Made by a program: the position numbers and the translations under genes. A stretch of DNA of 64,000 nucleotides from Glaucostegus cemiculus (lineage: Eukaryota). The notes beneath the pieces are model-generated. The model was not told the DNA's origin, searched no databases, and was given only the letters and a program-made list of their open reading frames with translations. Location of the stretch: positions 18,662,001 through 18,726,000 of the forward strand of contig CDPCPM010000014.1 in the NCBI GenBank assembly GCA_976551045.1, read 5' to 3'. The number at the start of each line of letters is the position of its first letter. The first letter of the stretch is position 1. This document shows positions 26,480 through 39,375 of this stretch, piece by piece.

Positions 26480-26830
26480 AAAAGGCCAGTTGGGTAATGA
26501 TCAAAGGTGGAGAAATTTCAGGGAAACATGTCTCTAAGCTAAAGGGATGGGAGCCAGTACTAGAGAGATATATTCAAGGTTAAGTAAGAAGTCAGAATTG
26601 AGATGACATATATCTCTGCAGAGTTATCGTGCTGGAAGAGATTCAGGATCTTGAAGTGAGCCTACAAATTGATTTGAAAGCAAAGATGAAAATCTTTAAA
26701 TTAAGGCAATTCAACAGGCAGTGAACATGGGTCAGTGAGTATGAGGCAATGGGTAATTGTACCTTGGTTTAAATTAGGATGTGAGCAGCAAAGGTTTGCA
26801 TGAGTTTGAGCTCTGAAGAGTGGCCAAAGT
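26480..26830 (-). mobile_element. Degenerate L2 fragment
   Basis: GATTTGAAAGCAAAGATGAAAATCTTTAAATTAAGGC..GGGTCAGTGAGTATGAGG resembles the reverse L2 3' region. Confidence 0.4.
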
Positions 26831-27164
26831 GTGTTGGCTGTTATAATTGGCAACTGGAATATGACTTCAATCCCATCATACTTCTGAGCAAGTGCAGACT
26901 TTTCCAGCTCTAGAATGGTAAGTAGGTGTATCCAGTTACCGGAGTAGCACCCGAAACCTATTTTACTTTTTTAAATAAAAAGAATTCAAATGGAGCGAAA
27001 AATGTCATCAATACTTGCAGTGTTTAAATTATATGTATTAATTAAATGGTTTTTATTATGCACTGTTCAAAAAGATTGTGTTTTACGTTTCTTTTATTGG
27101 TATTTAGATCGTTTGACCAATAGAATAATTTTTAGTTATATTTCCTTATTTTAGTAATGCAGCC

Positions 27165-27490
27165 ATACATAGTCGTACAGCATGGAAAAGGCCCTTCAGG
27201 CCACCAAGTCTGTGCCAATCATATACACTAATCCCATTTTTTATTTTCCTCTCTCATTCCCATCAGCTCCCCCAGACTCTACCACTCATCCATACAAAAG
27301 TGGGTATTTACAATGCCCAGTTAACCTACCAACCATGTACCTTGGGACACGGGAAGAACTGGAACACCTGGAGGAAACCCATGCTGTCACACGGAGAATA
27401 TGCAAACAGACAGCTCCCGAGATCAGAATTGAACTTGGGTCACTGAACTCCAAGGCAGCATCTCTGTAGCTGTACCATTGCACTGCCCCA
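27165..27490 (-). mobile_element. Older V-SINE
   Basis: GAACTGGAACACCTGGAGGAAACCCATGCTGTCAC V-domain; CR1-like tail GGCCCTTCAGGCC. Confidence 0.75.
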
Positions 27491-27849
27491 GTTTCAAAAC
27501 ATGCCTGCATAATTTTTTGTAACTTAACTGATTTTTATTTTTTAAGACTTTACAAAGAATGAACTTTTCAATATTTGAGGTCTTTTCTTTATAGGACTTG
27601 CCAACCTTTATTTAACCAACTCACTAAATTTAGTAAAGAGCTAAAATTTTGGACCTTGGTACTGACATACTCCAGGAAAACATCAGGAAGTTGGGCACCT
27701 CACCCACCCATTTCAACCACCCTTTAATGTTAGGCAGCAGAAGAATTATACTATAGTGCCTTAAGGCAGGAGCATAAACAGAGCTAACTGCACAATGTTT
27801 ACAGCACATAAACTGACCATTTCGGTCAAACGTTTTCATGCCTGTATTT

Positions 27850-29120
27850 CTGCACCATCTATTTCATCTAACTCCAAAAACACATTCTTTGATTCCTTTC
27901 TCCCTCAAGTTCTTACCTAACTTCTCCTTCAAGGCAGCTATGCAATGTGGCACAGATGTAGCCTGTGGTCATGAGATAAAGGTAAAGAGGTTTCTTCTGA
28001 AAATTGTGTTGGATTTATTAACTATCTTGTGCTGCTTAATTTTAATTTCTTCCCTGAGTGAAAACGTGTTCCCTCTCCCTCCTTAATCAGATTCTTTTGT
28101 AATTTGGGAAATATTTGGCTTTTATTTTCTAGCCTCTAATTTTTATTAGTTATACCTTTTCATTTTATTGAATTAAAACCTACAGCACAAAAGGAAGCCA
28201 TTCAACTTTCTAAGTCTGAGCTGGGTTTTAAAGAGGTGTGTTCATCTTGCTGTTTGTTTTGACAGAAACATTTGTTTTTAAACTTGTTCAGTTCTCTTAA
28301 AAAGGTTGCTTGATTTGGCTTTGATACTTTCTTCAGCAGATACTCAGATAGTTGGGAAATTCTCTTTTGTCCTCCTTTTGAGAGCTTTGCCTAATGATTT
28401 TTAAATGCACGATCTCTGGACATGGATGCACACATCAGCAGAGTTAAAAAAAAACTGTGCTAAAATCATCATGTGGTGGGTCACTTCTTTTTCTTGGAAT
28501 AAAGCTTAACAGCCTTAACATATTCAAACTCTCCATGTAATTCAAGTCCCTCATCTCTAGTAAAGTCCCAGTAAACCACCTTTTATAACCTTTCTGAAGG
28601 CTTTACAATTTATGCGCAGAATTGTCCACAATATTTCAGCTGAGTCCCAATGGGATCCCTTTTGTTTTTATATTCTCTGCCTGTAGTTATAAATCCCAAG
28701 AAATCCATATGTTTTTATAACTGCTTAAACAGCTTGTCCAGTAACCTTTGAAGGATTTGTGTGCATGAACGCCAAGGTCTCTTGTTCATTTACACTTCAT
28801 AGATCTGTGCCACTTATTATACACAGTCTCCACATACCAGCCGTCCAAAGAACATCACGTATACTTCACTTTTAACTTAATCTGCTTCTGTTCATTTTAC
28901 CATCCTATTTGTGTAATCCTGAAGCCACCTAAATATCCACATCACCATTTATTACCTTACCAAATTTTGTAGCACAATAATGCTCTTGGCATGCAAGTTT
29001 AAGCCATTTATAAAGTTGAATGTACACAAAACAGATCATCGTGAAATACCACAGCAAATCAACTCAGTGTGGGGAAACATGCAACCGCCATTGACCCTTG
29101 CTTCCTGTCATTTTCTCCTT
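27850..29120 (-). mobile_element. Highly degenerate CR1 fragments
   Basis: Patchy similarity to the CR1 RT and 3' region (CAGAATTGTCCACAATATTTCAGCTG). Confidence 0.4.
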
Positions 29121-29562
29121 AATTCCTACTATCTTTTTTTTCTATTGCACCTTTCCCATTCTCTCCTGTTTCACAGTCCCTTTCTCTACAAAGTCAGGAA
29201 TTGGTGAATGGGGAATTTTCAAGTAAAGCATTTAGGGTTTCATTGTAGTTTCCCACTGCTTTTGATTAATCTCTAGCTGTATATTGTACAGCAAGAATCA
29301 TTTATCTTTTATTTTTAAGACTTGAAACGATCAAAGTGATTGAAGAAAATAGCTAGGCTAAATATAAAGGTGCCTTTTATGCACTGCAGTACTGTTCAGT
29401 TAAAGTCTATGTTGAAGGAAGCTACCAGTAGCCAAGTACTGAGTTGCCTAAAAACTATGACTTATCTGATTTTCTGCCTTTGCTACATGACATCTGATTC
29501 ATCAAGAGTGTCAAGGAAAAGGCAGCTAGAATTTCGGGTGCTAACAGTGAAGGGCTATAATC

Positions 29563-31536
29563 CATAGAACCATAGAAACCATAGAACAATACAGCACAAT
29601 ACAGGCCCTTCGGTGCCCCCCATGTTGTGTCGACCTTTAAATCATGTCTAAGACTATCTAATCCCTTCCTCCCACATATTCCCCTATTTTAAATTCCTCC
29701 ATGTGTTTATCTAACAATCTCTTGAACTTGACCAACATACCTGCCTTCATCACCACCCCAGGCAGTGCATTCCATGCCCCAACCACACTCTGGGTGAAAA
29801 GCCTCCCTCTGATGTCTCCCTTGAACTTCCCACCCATTACCTTAAAGCCATGCCCTTTTGTATTGAGCATTGGTGTCCTGGGAAAGAGGCGCTGGCTGTC
29901 TGCTCTATGTATTCCGCAATATTTTGTATATCTCTATCATGTCTCCCCTCATCCTCCTCCCCTCCAATGAGTAAAGCCCTAGCTCCCTTAGTCTCTCCTC
30001 ATAATCCATAATCTCCAAACCAGGCAGCATCCTGGTAAATCTCCTCTGCACCCTTTCCAATGCTTCCATATCCTTCCTATAATGAAACAACCAGAACTGG
30101 ACACTGTACTCTAAGTATGGTCTAACCAGAGTTTTGTAGAGCTGCATCATTACCTCGTGGTTCTTAAACTCGATCCCGCGATTTATGAAAGCTAACATCC
30201 CATAAGTTGTCTTAACTACCCTATCCACCTGTGAGGCAACTTTCGGTGATGTGTGGATATGAACCCCCAGATCCCTCTGCTCCTCCACACTACCCAGAAT
30301 CCTGCTATTAACCTTGTACTCCACCTTGGAGTTTGTCCTTCCAAAGTGTACCACCTCACATTTCTCTGGATTGAACTCCATCTGCCACTTCTCAGCCCAG
30401 CTCTGCATCCTATCAATATGCCTCTGCACTCTTCGACAGTCCTCCACACTATCCACAACACCACTGACCTCTGTGTCATCTGCAAACTTGCTAACCCACC
30501 CTTCTACCCTCTCATCCAAGTCATTAATAAATATTAAGAAAAGTAGAGGTCCCAGAACCGATCCTTGTGGGACACTGCTAGTCACAGCCCTCCAATCTGA
30601 ATGCACTCCGTCCACCACAACCCTCTGCTTTCTACAGGCAAGCCAATTCTGAATCCACATGGCTAAGCCTCCCTGGATCCCATGCCCTCTGACCTTCTGA
30701 AGAAGCCCACCATGTGGAACCTTGTCAAACACCTTACTAAAATCCATGTAGACCACATCTACTGCGCTACCCTCGTCAATCTGCCTAGTCACCTCCTCAA
30801 AGAATCCATCAGGCTTGTGAGACATGATCTTCCCTTCACAAAGCCATGCTGGCCGTCGCTAATCAGTCTATGATTCTCTAAATGCTCATAGATCCAATCT
30901 CTAAGAATCCTTTCTAACAGCTTGCCCACCACAGACGCAAGGTTCACTGGTCTGTAATTCCCTGGACTATCCCTACTACCTTTTTTGAATAAGGGGACAA
31001 CATTTATCACCCTCCAATCCTTCAGTACCATTCCCGTGGACAACGAGGACTCAAAGATCCTAGCCAATGGTTCAGCAATTTCCTCCCTCACCTCACGGAG
31101 CAGCCTGGGGAATATTCTGTCAGGCCCTGAGGACTTAATCTGTCCTAATATTTTCTAACAGCTCCAACACATCCTCTCTCTTGATATCTACATGCTCCAG
31201 ATCATTAACCTTACAAACACTGTCCTTAGCATCATCTAGGCTCCTCTCCTTGATGAATACTGAAGAGAAGTATTCATTGAGAACCTCACCCACTTCCACA
31301 GCTTCCAGGCACATCTTCCCACCTTTGTCTCTAATTGGTCCTACCCTTACTCTCATCATCCTTCTGCTCTTCACCTAAGTGTAAAAAAAAGCCTTGGGAT
31401 TTTCCTTATCCCCACTCGCCAAGGCCTTTTCATGTCCCCGTCTTGCTCTCCTCAGCCCTTTCTTAAGTTCCTTCCTTGCTACCCTATATTCCTCATGAGC
31501 CCTATCTGATCCTTGCTGCCTACACTTTATGTATGC
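29563..31536 (-). mobile_element. Young 5'-truncated CR1 LINE (frameshifted ORF2 RT)
   Basis: ORFs 29658-31374 contain GNYRPVNL, VYMDFSKVFDKVPH, SSVPQGSVLGPLLFLIFINDL, KFADD, YKTLVRPYLEY and FKRLLDKHM; 3' CCATAGAA-type tail repeats at 29563-29590. Confidence 0.95.
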
Positions 31537-33024
31537 AACCCAGCATTTGCAAAAGGCATCGGGAGCCTAACTGAAAGCTACTTGCAAGGATTATTCAAAC
31601 TGCTTTACATCAGTGGAAAAAAAAGTACATTTGTGAACATCCCCAAAATGTGGCTGGATTACTTTAAAGATGAAGTTTGGTGAACAGAAGGAAGGCTCTA
31701 ACTTTTGAGTCACCACTTTATTCCCTTTTCGTCTTTAGGCCTGAAATGGTGATGTCACTCTATTGGAGTCCTCTCTCTTGCCCTTCAAACTTTATTTTTA
31801 TATTCTCTGCCTCCAGCTATAAATCTAAATAATCCATGTGATTCTACAGCCACTCAAACTGCTTGTCCTGCAACTCTGCACTGTTGGCATCTGAAATTCT
31901 AGCCGCCTTTTCCCTGACACTTCTGATGAATCGGATGTCATGTAAGCAACTGCAGCAGAAAAATATTTTTTAGTTGACCTCTCATTGTAGGCTAAGGTCA
32001 ATTTTGCCCAGATGCTGAATGTCTGAGTCAGTCCGAGGCTCCAGATGATTTTGGTGTCAGTTATTTTACAATCTTAATAAGTATTTCCAATTCTGGCATA
32101 TGTTGCAGCTAAGCTCCAGCTGAACACACAGATAATCTTTTCCAGCAAAAGTGACTGGATAAAGAATCCAGATTGATTTTCTTCAGCATTTTCCTAACTT
32201 GGAGGACCCTATTCTAATATGAATCAGCTTGAATTTGGCCAGAATTGTATATTGGACTTTGACCTACAGAGCCCTTGGGAGTTCATCAATAACATTTTAA
32301 TGGTGGAACCTTCTCACAACTGAAAGTCATTGGAACGTTTTTCTTTGCAATGCTGCAAAAGACCTTAGCAGCACACTACAGAAGTGAGTTTTCCCAAACA
32401 ATCTAAACCAAAACCAAATTGTGCCCTGGAGCGCATACCCATTGTCTTGTGCTTGAATGCGTACTGTGAGGTCTATTGTGTGTGCCTTTGGAGTGAATAT
32501 ATAATTTCTAGATAATTTACAAAAAGCACTTGCCTGTACTTGAACATTGAAATCTCCACTATCTATCAAATTACTTTGCTGTCTAAATGTATCTGAAAAT
32601 AGATTTATTATATGATATGCCTGAATTATGCATAATTCATTTTTAATGTTTATTTTAAGATTAATTTACAAGCTGCAGTACTTAAATCTGCTTAATTTGC
32701 TATTAATTATCTAATCACCTGTATTATTCATATTTTTCATCTAACTCATTCACTGTGGTTTACCAAAGTGATAATGGCTTTTGCATTGTGGTGATCCTTT
32801 GATATAAGTACAGGGCCTCAAACCTCTATCAAATAATACTTTTTCCTACCATGCAAATAACTCTTGTACTTGTGCACAAAATAGCTATTTCCATGCCAGG
32901 AAAAACCTGATTTGCTGCATGCAAATAATTACTTTGTGCACAAGTAGTGCACTTCTGGTACCTCCCATGTGTGGCATAGGTACACAAATGAAAGCCACTA
33001 AGCATGTGCAGTGAATACCAGATA

Positions 33025-33275
33025 TTTTAAATTCTTTAAAATTTTATTTACAGCGTGGTAACAGGCCCTTTCGGCCCTCCGAGTCCACGCCGCCTATTTT
33101 AAACCCACAAATTAACCTACCCGTATGTCTTTCAAATGTGGGAGGAAACCGGAGCACCCGGAGGAAACCCACGCAGACACGGGAGAACATGCAAACTCCT
33201 TACAGTCAGCAACGGGAATCAAACCCTGATCGCTGGTGCTGTAACAGCGTCACGCTAACTGCTACGCTATATCGT
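33025..33275 (-). mobile_element. Young V-SINE subfamily copy
   Basis: Closely similar to 43912-44163 and 63035-63283; many CpGs retained. Confidence 0.9.
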
Positions 33276-35249
33276 TTTGTTGAGATTACTTGTGCATCAT
33301 TGTGACCTGCAGTTGAAGGTTAGTTTAATGGGGCCTGACCTTTTCTGGACTATAAGTTTCCTTCCAGGAAGGGTCTTTTATAAGTGGTGTCTTTGTCTGT
33401 CTTGTTGACTGCACTCCCCTCTCCACTGCCGACAACGAATGACACCAAGGCTTCAGTTACCAACCAAAACCCAACCTCCCCAATACTTTCACCACTGCCC
33501 CCACCTGGGTCTTTCAGTGAGTGACTTTCAGGGTTTGCTACCTGCTCTCAACTGCAATTCTCTTTCTGCCCCTTTTCAGAGTGGCAAGAGCTGATGGAGA
33601 AAAGGCTTTGGCACTAGTTGTTGGTTGGTTCCATAACGTTTGCTGCTCTGTACCTTGAATGCAGATCACTGGCAGGGGGCCTCACACGAAGCTCTGTTCA
33701 GTCTGCCCGTAGTGTAGTAGGGATCTGTGAAGAAGAAGAAAATCATTTTTTGTTTATAGAAACAAACTATAAAGGCAAAGACCTAGACTTGATTCAGTAT
33801 GTTAGGACTGTTGAATTTATACTCTTTGCGCATCACGGAGTTAGCTGCTTGCATTTGTTTATTTCTACAGCCGAGCAAGGGTGTGGGGATTTTCTTTTTC
33901 TCTCCATCAGTTCTATCAGAAGGTCAAGAAGGAAAGGATTGGTTCTAAAATAAAGGGACAAATTTAATTACTTCCACTACCTTGGCTTTTTCTTTCTGCT
34001 GACGAGCCCTAACAAGAAGTCTGTCACTGGCTTATTTATTGTTCTGTGAGTGGAGTGACAGTGAAATTGCAGGCAGTCTTTGTTATAGGTGTAAATCATT
34101 AACAGCAAAGCAGTTACCATTCAGATGCAGGAAAATTGGTCTGACTGAAATAAGGGTGTACAGCACAGTAAGATGCCATTTGACCCATCTCGCCTGTGAT
34201 GGTACTTTGAGAGAAATGACTGCAGCCTTGCTTTTGCTGCTTAAGATGAAAATTTAATGTGCTTCATGCACCTCCATAGCCCCATATTTTTTTTGAAAGA
34301 TGCTGTGCTATTTTATTTATTGCTTGTTTAGGTAGTGCATTACAGATCTCAGCGACCATCTGCATGGGAGGGAGAGGCATCTTCTCTTCAGCCTTTAGTT
34401 CTTCTTGACAATTAAGAATTTACCAACTTGCATGCCAGCAGAAACAATTGCTTGCAACTTGCTTTAACTAAGCAGCTCAAAGTTATAATTGCCTCCTATC
34501 AGGTATACTGCCTTATGCTCCAAGGAGAATAATCCCAGTGTCTCCAGTTTTCCCCATGTGATTTCCTTTTTGGCTTTATCCAGGAAATGAGAGACTCTGC
34601 ACCTTCACAAAAGCATTGACATTCTTCATAAAATCTGGAGGCACAAATTGTATAGTTTGCTTTCTTTGGTTTGTATTTGATCCATGATTGAATTATGGCA
34701 CATGCTCTTTGCTGCACTGTCAATTAGTTCCAATTGCAGTGTTTTCTATTTGTAAGTAATTAATGTAATTGAATGGCATGGGCTTCCCTGGAATTGAAAA
34801 GGGGCAAACTGATGGAGAAAAGCAGCAGTAGGGAAAGTCTGAAATAAAGTGAAAGCCAATGTACAGAAGGAGAACACATCTCAAAAGCAAAACTCTTTGC
34901 ATCCTGTGCACTTACGCCTGGGAAGGCATCACAAGTAGCACATCCGATATTGTAGGCACAATGAAACCTTGATTTACCTAAATCTACCAGTGACATCTTA
35001 AAAAGATAAAAATTAAACTAATTTAACATCAGGGAAAACGGACAACAGAATTAGAGAGCCACAGTGTAATTCTAAGCATTCACACAGTGGGGGATGGGAA
35101 GAGAGGGAGGAATTCATTATAAGTCAAAAACAGGAGTGTGAGATCACTGGGGTATTTGTTTTTTTTTAATATACCATTTTACAAGTGCAGCTTATAGGGG
35201 ACTGCGAAAAGCATTATTGTTGCCAAACCCCCCCCCCCCCCCACCATCA

Positions 35250-35760
35250 ATATCCCAAGGGTGATCATTCTCAGAAAATAACTGGATCAGCTGCATAAAT
35301 ATCGTGGCTACAAGAGAAGAGCCTTGTATATTGTGTCCACTCCAAGGCCTTTGCACTGTCTACAGGGCACAAGAAAGGAATGCATTCCACTTGCCTAGAT
35401 GAATGCAGCTGCAACAATTCTCAAGAATCTCAAAAGTAATACATGTGAACAGCATCCCACCAACACCTCCCAAATCTGTGAGCTGTATTGTTAGAAAGAA
35501 TGAGGGCAGCAGGTGTATCAGAACACCACCACCTGTAAGTTCCCTTACAAGTTGAACTACATCCTGACTTGGAAACTTATAACCAGAACTTTATCGTAGC
35601 TGGGTCTATATCCTGGGGCTCCCTGCCAAGAACATGATGGGGTACCTTCAGGAGGACTGCATTGGTTTAAGGTAGCAGTTCACTACCACATTCTCAAATG
35701 TAACTACTGATGGGTAATAAAAGTTGGCCTTACCAGAGATGCCCAGATCCCAAATATGAA
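35250..35760 (+). mobile_element. CR1/L2-group LINE 3' fragment
   Basis: Ends GATGGGTAATAAAAGTTGGCCTTACCAGAGATGCCCAGATCCC, the reverse complement of the 7075 and 10980 termini. Confidence 0.6.
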
Positions 35761-36049
35761 TAACGAAAAAGCTATCATAGTGACCAGAGGTGACCAATGA
35801 ATTATGGCTTCATAGAATTCGGGGTGAATGTTGGGAGTCCTTGGGCAAATAGTTTTCTTTCTGACCTGGAAATGACACTGGCATAGCTATGACTGGTAAT
35901 AGAATAAGTTTAGTATGTGGGCTGAAAAGTCTGATTCATTGTGTATGATTGTATCAGGCTATTCTGAATTGACTAGTCTGGGAATTTCATGCATTTATTT
36001 AAAATTTTGCTTTGGTGGTTTTGTACAATTAGTTATCTTTGTAAGCAAC

Positions 36050-36392
36050 ATAAGAGCATTGTGAGTCACACACATTGCACTGGGACTGAATTCACGAATG
36101 GGGCAGACAAAGCATGAGACTCATGAGACCTAATATGGGAATAGGAGTAAGTAATAAGACACAGTAGCTTGTACTTAGTTTCCTGCCTGCACCCCATGTT
36201 TCTTGATTTCATTATAGAATGATTTACAGCAATTTGATCATTTTAAGGTCACCGTTACTGATGAGAGCCTTTTATTCACAATTTATGTAACTCAAACTCA
36301 CCAATTGCTATGATGAGATTTTAACTTCAAATTATTAAACCTGGACCCTGAGTGTGTGGTCTACTAACAAAATCAACATGCTACTATACCTC
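36050..36392 (-). mobile_element. Degenerate tRNA-derived SINE
   Basis: Reverse strand begins GGTATAGTAGCATGTTG with a tRNA-like head and decayed body. Confidence 0.4.
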
Positions 36393-36859
36393 TTTGCAGG
36401 TATGAACTCCAAAAGTATACATCCTAGTCAATGACATAACTAGCTAGTAGCTGAGGTAAATCCTTGTTGTTCCTGACAGTGATGCCACTTGGGAAAACTA
36501 AAAGACACGTTATCCAGTCACTGGTGCAGAATTGTACACTTTCTGCTCACCATCTGATCATTGTCTTATCTCCTGCTAAAGGAAATGAGAAGGGAAAAAA
36601 ACCTGTAGTGTACTTTGGGTGGGGAGGGGGAAAAAATCTGACTCCTCTCTGTCCCTAAGGCAATTAAGCTACGTCTGAGAGATTTTAACTGCCCTTGGCT
36701 CATCTCAACCACTTCTAATTTGCAACTAAATCCCTGTAATTGGAAATGTTCTCTTTCAGGAACTTGTCATGTTTCTTTTCATATAGTTTTGTAATGACTG
36801 GTAATGACTTGATACTTGGCACATCTAAGAAGTTTGTTCGTGTGAGTGATAGCTCTCAA

Positions 36860-37025
36860 AGTAAACTTTGTACATAATACCTTTTCGTGACCTTAGGGTG
36901 TCTTATAGCACTTTATAGTAAATGAGATGTGGTCACAAGCATATTTATGCAAGGCAAGTTAGCACTGATGGTTATATGAAAATGACCAGATAAAGTGTGA
37001 TATTGATATTGGCCAGTTCACCATG
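36860..37025 (-). mobile_element. Deu-SINE 3' fragment
   Basis: CCTTTTCGTGACCTTAGGGTGTCTTATAGCACTTTA..AATGACCAGATAA..ATATTGGCCAG. Confidence 0.5.
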
Positions 37026-39019
37026 AGGAAAAGAAAGACAAGATCAAGAACTCCACTGCTATGAATTCTCTTCAAAACAGTATGTAGAAATGGGAGACAA
37101 TAGCTTTCAAAGTTTTTATTTTAGAGATTTCCAGTTCATTTCTTCTATACCATACAATAAAATATGAAAACAATTGATATCAACTTCCATAAGTATAAGA
37201 ACTTATCCCTTTCATCTGCTTTTATTTAAAACAAATATTCCTATAATTTGGATATGTGACATCATCTTGGCCACCTTCCTCTGTCCCTTTTTCAGAGCTG
37301 TGGTACTCTTCACCATGTGCAAGGATTAAAGTTAGACACTGCTTGAATTGCAGAGCACTTCTCTAACCATTGTTAAACATTCTGCATTGTGATCTAGCTC
37401 TATGCTGGTGCACATAGTGCAAAAGGGCCATTAAGGCAGCATACTAGGGTTTTGTTTAAGATACAGATGTGAACTAAAAAAAAGATTTTCTTAAAAGTTG
37501 CGGAAAAAAATACTAGATCATCTGCTTTGGAATCAATAAAAGTACTGTCTTTTTTCTGTTTGTGGTTAAGAAAACAGTATCAAGAATAGTTGAATAATAA
37601 CATCGCTTCTTAAAATTTGTGGTTAACACATCTTACTAAGTAGTGTTCACTGGTAAATTGGTAAATGAAAATTCTATGCAATTTAGATGGTCTTGGAGCC
37701 TTCCAAAAATGCATCTCCTTGAATAGCTATATTAAGCTGATAATCATGTCAACACAACTTAGTTGTTGGGACTTTGCTGACAACCATTGTGGGTAATGTA
37801 ACCGATTCTAATGGATAGTGCTTTATATTGGCCAGTGTTTGCATCTGTGAGATGTCTGGATGTGATCTGATACAGCATGGGTCTTGTTTCAGCAGACTAA
37901 TGGACCGATACATTATCTGTTATTGTTTGTTAAATTTGAGCTTTATTCACATTTATCTGTATTATTGTAAAAGATTATTGTGAAGCTGTTAACATTAACG
38001 ATTAATGAGGTTTGGAATTTTGTCCCAAGTTGCCCAAATTATACTATCTTTGATTAATGTTCTTAAATACATTTATGAGTTAACATAGAGAAATTCTCTT
38101 AACTGAATTAACACTGTTTTGCTGAAACAAGATGTCTCCAGATTTAACAATACCAGTACCAACTGGTAAATCCGTTGCCATTATCTTGGTCTGGCTCATG
38201 GCTTTAAATACTGTGATGTAAGCCCACTAAATTGAACAAATAACCATTAGACACAAGACATTTATTATTAAAAATTAGAAGAAATTGTTTTCACTTCATG
38301 AGCCCATTTGGTACTGTTAGAAAATATTTAATGGAAGATGTTTAAAAGCCTAGTTTCCAGCTTAATGGCATTGCTCATGATTTTGTGGTCAGTGACAAAT
38401 GAAGGGGGTTCAATTTCATGGACTCGAGGATTTCTATGGGGAATCTACAGTGCAATTTGCCACAATTGGAAATCCAAAACAATGCGAGCCCCTCTGCTAG
38501 GGTTTTGGAATCCAGACCAGCAATCAACTGAAGAATCCTTACTGAGACCTGAAGACTGAATCAGGGAATGTAAATTGCTGAATTTTATACAGAAGCGAAA
38601 CTAAAAGACAGTGGAAAAGATTTGTAATTATGTGAAGGTAGAAGTACTTCTGCTTTTCAATAGTTTTATATCTCCAGCAATAATGAAAATTTAGAGGAAG
38701 GGACTCCCATGCATGTAAAAGAGAGATTGATTAGTTACAATTAAACTGTCTCCTCATTTTGAAAATTCTCTTATTCCTTGATCAGTTGAAGCCCAAACTG
38801 GAGTATTTTCTTGGTTTTTAATGAGGTAAGCACCACATCCTTGGGCTGCTTCATGTGTTTCAAAGTTCTCAAAATTGCCCCTCCAGTGAGATATTATTTG
38901 ATCAGCTGCAGCTTGTGCGTGGACCAGGCACCACAGAAAACAGTGTCCTCATTTCTGCTCAGAATTGCACGTATGTGACTGTAGGGTCCCCTTCCTTTCC
39001 CTTCAGTGAATGTTCTTGC

Positions 39020-39375
39020 TAAAGGTGGTATATTGGTGCAGCAGGTAGTGCACAGCTCCAGCAGCCTGGGTTCAATCTTGACCTTGCATACTGTCTGTAT
39101 GGAGTTTGCATGTTCTACCTACAACTGAGTTTTCCTCCAGGTGTCCCTGTTTCCTCAAAGATGTGCTAGTAGGTAAATTGGCTTTGACATAAAATGACAT
39201 AAAGTGACACAAAGTGCCCTTGACATGGGTAGTTGGCAGGCAAATCATGGGAGAATTAATGGGCATGATAGAGAGAATAGTTTGCAGAAAAATAAGTTGA
39301 GCAATTGGACTGTTGGGAATGCTCTGAGAGCTGGCATAGACTCAGTGGGCCAAATGGCCCTCCTATGTCTTGAAA
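39020..39375 (+). mobile_element. V-SINE (HE1-like)
   Basis: B box GGGTTCAATC; CTGTCTGTATGGAGTTTGCATGTTC; tail GGGCCAAATGGCCC. Confidence 0.75.

Noticed and set aside
31985-32272. Possible old MITE with TGTAGGTCAA-like inverted ends (similar hint at 15881-16000)
   Set aside because: Arms too degenerate to support by eye; no TSD
34973-34996. MSLVDLGK matches the GABPB1/GABPB2 N-terminus
   Set aside because: The following residues do not continue as KLLEAARAGQDDEVR in any frame, and no ankyrin exons are visible; treated as coincidence
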